Below, piece after piece: positions 33,601 to 42,600 of a DNA stretch of 64,000 bases. The stretch is from contig CAYSSX010000004.1 of the NCBI GenBank assembly GCA_964434115.1, forward strand, positions 81,684 to 145,683, written 5' to 3'. Both the position numbers and the translations under genes were made by a program. Every line of letters begins with the position of its first letter. Within the stretch, counting starts at the first letter, position 1. The notes below the pieces were generated by a model. It made no database searches and was not told the origin of the DNA. It saw only the letters and a list, made by a program, of their open reading frames with translations. This DNA comes from an uncultured bacterium. Lineage in GTDB: Bacteria > Omnitrophota > Omnitrophia > Omnitrophales > Aquincolibacteriaceae.

Positions 33601-36600
33601 TTTCTGGGTTTCGTGACCTTATCACTTTTCAAGGCTTCACGAATGACCCCTTCGATGATTTCGATCGCCTTCGCTTCAGAAATCCGCACCTCTTCTTTTC
33701 CAGCAACTGTAACCGGCGAGGAAAGTAACTTCGCCATTTGATAAACCAACGGCCTGGAACCTTCCAGACGTCCGCCATTCAACGCCGCGATACCAAGAGG
33801 CGTATAAGCCAAAGTTTCTTTGGGCTCTCCGGTTTTAACGGCGGTCAGTAAATGAAATTTTGCGTCCACCCGGACCTTTCCTTTTTCAATACCCCTTGTC
33901 ACCTGCTGCACCACCATCCCTTCCGAATAAAGGATGTGATTCACAGCGGGATGAAGCCCAGGAATAGCTGAACGGTCGATCAGATATGTCTTAGAAATTT
34001 CTCCTGCGGATTGAATCGAAAATCCCGCGGCTTCGGCGGCGCGCTTGACCCGCTCAAGATGCAGTGCAGGCCTCGACACAGCCACATGTTTGAGCGTTTG
34101 CGTCTCCCGCGATTTTTCAGCAAGCCACTGACTGATAACTTTAAGATTGGCCGTCCCACCTTCCGATTGAAGCGCCTGACTCACGGCCGCTTCAGGAGAA
34201 GAGGGGCGGGCCGTATAAACCGTCATGTACTGCCGGATCATTCCCCAAACAGCCGTCTCTCCCGCTTTGGGCTGAAATTTTCTTTTCATGAGATTCCAAT
34301 CGATAGTCATCATCCCTGTAGGACGCCATTCGCCGGGAGCAATCTCTGTAAAATAAGGAAATGCGACCCATCCATTCCGTTGCGCTTCATAAACCTCGGT
34401 CGTGATGGAAGAACCCATATCAAGTCCCACAATCAGCTTCCCGCCAGGTTTCAAAGTTGCTGCGATGTCACGGATTACAGCCGGGAGCTCCGGAACAGGC
34501 AGGGTATCCAGACCCGCCCAGCTGACTGCCGCGGCCTTGTCCTTAAAAGGAATCGGTTCATGACGCAAATCCACAGGGATAACTTTTTTGACTCGGCCCC
34601 TGCTGTAACGAAGGGCATCCATATTCATGTCGGTCTGAATCCATGATGGATAGCGCGGATTTCCCGGATACCAATCCGCGAAACCATCATGCGCCCAATC
34701 CCACAGGGTTCCGGCACCGGCTCCGTATTCCACCACTCCCTCAATATCTTCCGGGGCAACAAGAGCCTTCAGTTCAGGAACAATGTATTCTTGAACAAAT
34801 TGAGGCCCCAGGGCGTCCATGCCTACCGATTGGCGGGCCCTTTCATACATCTGATGAACCGCGACCCCTTCACCATCTTCCCATTCTTCATCCAGCACAT
34901 TAGAGGAAATAGGCCTTGGACGGGTCATTCTGCTTCCGCTGTCAGGCTTGAAAGAACTGCGTTCTTCGGACGTGACCGGCATGCCCATCACCGTTCGGAG
35001 AACTTTTACAAACGGCTGATCCAGACGCTTGTAAAGAGGCGAAAGTGTTTGGGGAGCATCGCGGTAAACAACATCGTAGGCCGCATACTCGAGGCTGCTT
35101 CGGCCGTCATGATCAAGTTTAAAGTCATTCAGATTGAAATCCGGATTCTCCAGCTGATCGTGAAAAAATCCTTTAAAAAAGGCTTGATAGGGATTGATGT
35201 AGCCCGCCTTGTAAAATTCTTCCAGCCGGTTTCCAAAACGGATTTTCAGATTCAGCATGGCGTATGTCAGCGTCATGTACGCGTAGCCAAAAGCCTGTTC
35301 AGGCGTCAAATCTTCACGAATCTCCCACCCGCCGAGATCATGCCATGTTGTAGGCAGTCTGCCTGAGGGATCCGCTTCGAAGTTGGCAAAATGCGGGGAA
35401 TGCGGGTACAGCCCGGCATCCACAACTTTCCGGAGTTCCCTTCCATAAACTTCTGAAAGTTGATCAATGTTATTTTCTTTTAAAAGTTCTGGAATAACTT
35501 GCGCAGGATCAAAGTATGTAATTTGAAAAGTTGTCAGGGCCCGGCGTTTCACGTCAGCCATGGCATTGGCATATCCACGAAGCAGTCCATTGACCGCTTT
35601 TTCCTGATAGGTCTTGAAGCGCTTCTCGCTTTGACGGTGCGCTGAAATAAAAGCGCCCAGCGGTTCGCCATCTTTTTTAATGTGATCGGGTGTATAAAGA
35701 GCAAACCCCACGGCGACCGGTGTTCTCAATCCTTTTTGGGGAAGCACGGTTCTTGCATTCGCAAATTTCTTGGCCGCCGTCTTTCCTCCATGCCCGCCTT
35801 TCTGGGCAAAGGCCGCGGGCCGGAGATCCGGGCGTCCATCAGCGGCCACATGCACACTGATAGCACTTTCCCGGATGGTCTCTTCATCAAGATCTTCCGT
35901 TCCAGCAGAGGAAGATCCCCAATTCAACCCCCGGAAATCTTCTCCAATGTTATCGCGGTTAAACAAAACGCCCGAAACAATGATGCCGTCAATCTCTTCG
36001 CCTCGAATGGTTCCCTTCCAGGCAATTTTGACAGCCCGCTTTTCATCAGAAAAACCGTCTTCGCGTTCAATATCCCCGGCTTTCCATTGATCGCGGTACT
36101 CGGCAATCACCCGCTCAATTTTTTCACGAACTTCTTCAGGCAAAAGGTTCCAAAGTTCTTCATCCGCCGTCAAATCTGCTGCGCGCTCACCTTCAAGATG
36201 CTTTTTGATCAAGCCCTGATCGGCGGGTTTTGAAACAACTGGCGCGTAAACTTCGGCTTCAGGAGCCGGCTCTTGCTGCACGGTAAATTCTGCGTCCACA
36301 ATCAATCGTGCCGCCAGCTTGAACTGCTGAAAATAATCGGGAATCAAGTAGCCTTGTTCCGTAGCTTGCCCGCTTTTCTCAACACGGAACAAGAAGGCCC
36401 AGCCATACTGAGGATGATTCACGGCTTCGAGTAATGTATAAACAGCCGGGCCAAGACCATAGCGGTCCCCCGCATGAAGTCCTGCAGCCGCAGCCTTGTC
36501 CCTAAACTCTTGCTCTGCAGGCGGCAAAAGAGACAATGCCGCGGGAGAAACACGAACAAAACGCATTCCAAGCTGCCGTTCACTCACCTCAAGTCCTGAA

Positions 36601-39600
36601 GTAAATCTGACCTTGCCCGCAGAGGAATCGATAGATTCGATCGTATAAACCGTATCCAGAAACTGTGTGTCCCGGACCTGATCCCCTGCCTTCCACTCAT
36701 TTTCATCAGAACGAAGCTCGGAGCGGACTTCAACCTTTGTTTTTTCAATTTCTTCTTTTGTGAGAACCGTTTCAAAAGGAAAACCCGCGGCAGCTAAAAC
36801 TGAAAGAAACTTTTCGCCAGGCTGACCTGAAAGATCCGCGTAAGGAGGCGCGGAACCAATGATTTTGCTCAAGGAAGCGCGGTTGATCGGAATCTGCACG
36901 CGGTCAAGTTCAGTTTTCTTGGCAACAACCTCCGCAAGAAAAGACTCGACCGCTGTGCGGGATTTAAAATCAATCATGTCAAAAGCGAGAATACCCTGAA
37001 GCGCGGGGTCATCTGTTTTCCTGCCGTTGAGGCCTGCCCATTCCGCCAGCGTCTCGCGCGCGTTCGTGACCACCTGATCAGAGAAAAACATCGGTTCCTT
37101 CACGCTTGCGTCTGGAACCAATGCCGGTGCCTGGGAAGGGTAGTTGCGGACAAAGCTCGATTTATTCTCCTCCAATTCTTCTTCACCCAACGCGACAAGA
37201 ATCTGGTCAGGACGCCCGGTGATTTCCGCGCGGTCCCACACTCCGCGGTAAAAAAACATCCGGAACCCGTCAGGCAATGCGCCTTCTTCATAAAGCTCCT
37301 TCACAGCAACCTTGACTGTCATCTCGGTGATCGAGTGAGCGCCGTGATCCATAAAGCCTTCCCCGTTTACAATAACCATCCGTGGCTTTTTGGAACGGAT
37401 CACGTCTTTAATCACGTCAATGTCGCTTTGCCGTGCTGTCCCCTTGCGTTCAAGCGCGTACCAGCTGGATTGAAAAGGAAAGAAAATATCGTCGTACCCC
37501 ACGCCGCGGCTCATGAGTTCGGTCTGTTCTTCCACAAAGCGGAGGGCTACTTTCAATTTCTGCATGACCACAATTTCAGAAGATCCCCAATGCGGCTTGG
37601 CCTGGATATAAATTTCAAGTGCATCCCTCAGCGCAGAAATTCTTTCCGGCGATGAAAGCTGCCCCTTCAGAGAGGATTCAAAATTCAACCGGAGGAAGAG
37701 CAGTTTAGCCCGGAGTTTCTGTTCTTCAGCAGGCATCTGGGACCAGGTGTCGTAATCCATAGGGTCATAGGCAAGATCACGTGCAGCGAGAACCTTGATG
37801 AGTTGACGCAGGTATTTTTCTTCACTTTGCTTGAAGGCGAAGACAGAACGGGTTTCTTCCGCAAGCGCCGCAAGCTCATCCACCCTGAAGTTCTTGAGCG
37901 TTCCAAGCGCACTTAAAACATATTCATCCGAAACGGCCGTGTATCCGGGCGCCGTGTAATAGGAATAGAGCCGGTGTCCCTGTTTTGAAAACTCGGAGAC
38001 CAGAAATTGCGCGGCAAGCGAAAGATCGTCGAGATGCGGACCGATGTGAACGATTTCATCGCCGGGGCGAAGCCCAAGACGTGCAGGAACCTGTTCGGAT
38101 TTAAGCGGGTCCTTGTTCAGGGTTTTAACGACCTCATCCCTCAAAACCTCCCAGGGCTGGAGAGTTGTCAGCGCAATAAGGTTCTTGGTACGGATCGCAG
38201 CAATTTCAGTCTGATCTTTTCCCGGCGACTGAAGCCAGTCATCGATAGTAAGCGCCGAGACAGGTTTTCCGGTTTCTTTTGAAAGGCGGACAAACAGCTT
38301 TGCCTGCAGATCCGCATTCCATTCCCGGGCTGGAATTTCAACAAAATCCCACGTGTTTGTAAAATAACGAAGCGTGCTTCCCGAAGCAGACTCCATAATC
38401 AGGACACTGCCCGGCGCGCCGATCTGCAAGGCGGTCATGGGGTACTGAATGTCGGCTGTTCTTTCCACAAGACTGCGGACAGACTCGCGCTTTTCCTTAC
38501 CATTAATAATGGTGATAAAAATCGGGTGGCTGCTCCTGATTTCTTTGGGTCCCAAAGTCGCGCCGCCGATCTTGATCTCGCCCGACGGAGTACGAAAATG
38601 CTGCATCCCGCCGCGGTCCTTGATATTCCCCGCCGCCGCGTGGTAACTGAGAAGCGACATCACAAGACCTTGATCAAAAGGCGTTCCCGCTTCATTAAAA
38701 GCAAAGTGCCCTTTTCCCTCATACGAAGGTCCGGCGCTGAAAAGCGCAATGTCGGGGCCTTTGGCCAGAACAAACTCCGCCATCTTCTTTGTGTAGCGGT
38801 TGACGGCTTCAAGGTAGGCGTACTGCGGATGATCTTGGGCAAGCTGGCCTTTTAAAAACTCATCAAGCTTCAAACCTTCTTGATCAATCGAAGCCTGGAC
38901 TTTTTCAAATTCGGCCTTGTCCATTTTGTTATCCGCGCCGGGTTCGATGAGATCATTCTTCACGTCCCCATAAAACATGCGGCGTTTCTCGCGCGATATT
39001 CCGAGTTTATCAAACATATTGTGAAGTTCATTGGCATAGGAGTAATAGTCATCTCGGCTTTGAGGGAAAATGGTGTCAAGATGCGTTGCAAAGATGCGGC
39101 CCATGTCCGGCTTATCGGAAAGATCCACTCCGTTTGCCGTAAGAAGCTGGCGTGTTTCATCATCCCAGCTGCCCCAGCTGTCCAAAATACTGGCAAGCGT
39201 TGTAAGGCCAAGCCACTGCGTGTTACCGGTTGCAAAGATAATAAAGACATCACGGTCTTTCTGCCCCGCAGCATCATAGGCCTTTCTCTTGCCCTGGATT
39301 CCTTTAATGATCGCCGCAGCCTGCAAAGCTCCCGTGTGCGCGATATCGCGTCCCACGCGAAGCGTTGTATCCGGTGCCTGGCTGAACACCTTTTCATAAA
39401 GGTCGAGGCCCTTCAAGCGGCCGTCCAGACCAATCGCTTCCGCATTTTCTGTCCTCAATTCAGAGCGCGTCGTCTCCGCAGCAGAAATCCTTTCAAGCTT
39501 GAGAAGGTTATATCCTTGGTTGCGGCCTTCGTAGGTTTTGGTTTCGAGAACCTCAATGCTCCACGCCCCATCGACAAGCTCTCGCAAGTCTTCCATGTCG

Positions 39601-42600
39601 CTTTGCGAAAAAATCATCTGGATACGGCCGCCTGGGGCAAGATACCGGGAAGCTTCTTCAAAAAAGCGCTTCAAGACATCCCTCTGATCATCATAAATAG
39701 ATCTCTCCAAAATGCTTGAGGGACGGCCGGCTAGTAGCGGGGGTGAGAAAATAATCAGATCAAACTTTTCTTCCGGAGAAACGGCTTCAAAAAGATCGCT
39801 TTTCCTGGCCTCCAATTTTCCTTTCAGGCCAAGATGCTGGATATTGTGCTCGATATTGGAAACTGCTTCATCACTGACATCCGTGGCCAAAACATGACCC
39901 GCGCCTTTTTTGACCGCGATAATGCCCTGATAACCGGTCCCGCTTCCAATGTCCAGAACCCTGTCGCCTGGGTTAATCTCCAGGACCTGTCCCAAAAGCG
40001 GACTGCTCACATTTTTAATGGCCGGGTTAAAAACATTCCGGTGCACGTAAATGCCTTCCGGAATCCCCTCAACCTCAACGAGAATTTGGTCACGATCGCC
40101 CATAGCACGGCGGGAAGCATCCAAAAACTTGAGTCCAAGAAGATCTTCGCGTGTCAGCGAGGGCGCCGTAGAAGCTTGCTGATTAACACCCGCTGCCCCT
40201 GTTCGGAGTTCCGAGCGTACCCACTGCCGGAGTCTTAAAGGCGGAATTTCTGAAATCATTTTGCCGGCGTGCTTCGCTAAATGATCAAGAACCTGCGCAG
40301 TTCCCGCCATTTTATCGTTCGCAATAAATGTCCCTTCGGGAAGACGTGAGGCATAAGAAGGCAGGCTTCTCAAGAAGACTGGAACAACAGCATGCGAAAA
40401 CCCTGCAGGGCCTTTCAAACTAAAAGTCGGAATATCATTGTCTCCGTCACCGATCACAATCATAAGGAGCGGCTGTTTCGGGTCGAGCTGCCGATAAATC
40501 TGCTCGTTCAAAGTTTTGCTTACGCCTTCAATCTTGGAAACGCGCGCCATATCCACAGCGCCCGGGACAGACACCACGTAAAGGTCTTCTGTCCCTGGAG
40601 GATACTTTTTCTGAACTTCGGTCATGATTCCCGGCGTGAATTCTGCAGGCAATAAATCTCTTAAGGAGGGTGCATCAAAACTGACCTTCGGTCCCACATC
40701 GTAAACAAAAACCCGCCCCCAGCCTTTCAGAAAATCCTGCGGAAGCAGATCAAAAATATACTTGGCTTCATCGGCCTGCTTTTCTCCCCAGGCTTCGGGG
40801 CCAATGGCCTCAAGCGCTGCCATACGTTCATCCCGGATGGCATCAATCTTTGAATCCGGTGTATCTTTTAAGGCCTCTGCCAAAAAACCCTGCCGCTTTT
40901 TGAGTTCTTGATAAAAAGCCTCTGCCAGTGCTTTGGCATATTCAAAACGGCGCGCCTTGGGCCAGGAATCGAGCTCTTCCCGGTAACGGACGGAGGCATC
41001 TGCCGCAAATCCTATGCGGCGGGACCCGCCGTCAGCCACAATGTGAAAATGTTCTCGGCCCGAGCCGGAGATTCCATCAAGAAGCGGAGTGTATGTTCTT
41101 TCTGCCAGGTCTTTAAGCGGGTCTCCGGAATTCACAAGCAGGAAAAACCCGTCCCGGCCTAAGAGTTTGATACTGTCCTCAAGAATAGTGCCGCTGAGCG
41201 GATCCCCATACCCCTGAACCATCGTGCCGGTGTTGTCTGAAACAAAAACAATCTGGTTGAGAGGCTTGTCCTGCTGATCTGCGGGGAAAAGCGATCTCAC
41301 ATCCAGTTCTTTCTCAACCAACTCATAACCGTTTTGAGTATCCCCTGTCCGCAGCTCAGAGCGCCGGGTATAAACAGTAATTCTGGGGAAGCCTTCGTTA
41401 GCTCTGACATCAAAATCGCCATTCGAAGTGAGAAGCTCACGCAGTTTTTCAGGCGCGCTGGCATCTTCCCCGATTGTGACAAGGCGGGCACCGGGACGAA
41501 GCTCACGAAGCGTTTCTGCAAAAGCATTCAGATCACCTGAACCAGCCTCCGCGTAAACGACCACAGAGGCCTCCCTGAACAGATCTTTGCGGTCATTAAA
41601 GTTTCCTCGCATGAGATTGATCTGGCCGGGTTTGATAAGATTTTTCTTAAGGGCCTGCGAATGAATCGCCTGACTTGCCTTGAAATGATCCGGGCTTCCT
41701 TCCACTCCGGCAAAACGAATTTCCGGGTTCAGTTTCAGGGCACGGCTTGCGAGCCGGCCGAGAAGAGCACCGGTACCATGACCTGCATCAAGAACCAGCG
41801 CAGGTCCTTTGGACGGAAGTCCCAAAGCTGCGAAGACAAAGTCAACATAGGGTGACGGCGTGGACGCAAATTTTCCGATAGGATTTCCTTCAGCGTCTCT
41901 TGTCCCTGTAATTTTTCCGTTAATCCCGTACTTCCGGACAATCCCATCCCAGCCGCGGTCTTCTTCCGCAAAAGGGCTGTTCAAGGATCTGAGCTCAGAT
42001 CGTTTCGAAAGACTCTCTTGAACGGCTGAAAAGTAAGGTCCTTTCATGTCCACTTCAAAGCCTTCTTCACGAAGCGCCTGCCTGATGGCCGAACTTTGTC
42101 CCGCAACATCCCACCCCTGAGCAAGGGATGCCGCAGGGTCGTTTGCCAAAACCGTTTGTTCGAGGCCGGCGCTGCGCATCATGATTTTGTGGTAAAGATC
42201 ATTTCCAAGGTCCCCTGAAACATGCGGTGTAATCACGACAAGCCCCATCCCGCGTTCGCGCAGGCGCTCTTTCATGCCCGCACCATGAAACCCGCCGGTC
42301 ACAAGAACCGCTGTCTTTTGTCTCCGCTTCTTAAGGCCTTCCGCCATCCGGTCAAGAAAGGCCTCTTCCCGGCGGCTCATACCTTGGTAAAAAGCTTCAG
42401 CGGTCTCAAGACTTTCTGCCAAAGAGGGTTCGATCGCAGAGGTTTTTGCCCCCTGCCAATTCTCCCAATCACGGGGTGACATCTCAAGACGCAGCAGCTT
42501 CCGGGTCAGCATAAGATTTTGATAGTTGCGGACAATTTCCCGCTGTTCCGGAGTGTTCATTTCTTTTTCCAAAAGCTCTTCAAAAAGCCGCTCCATTTCC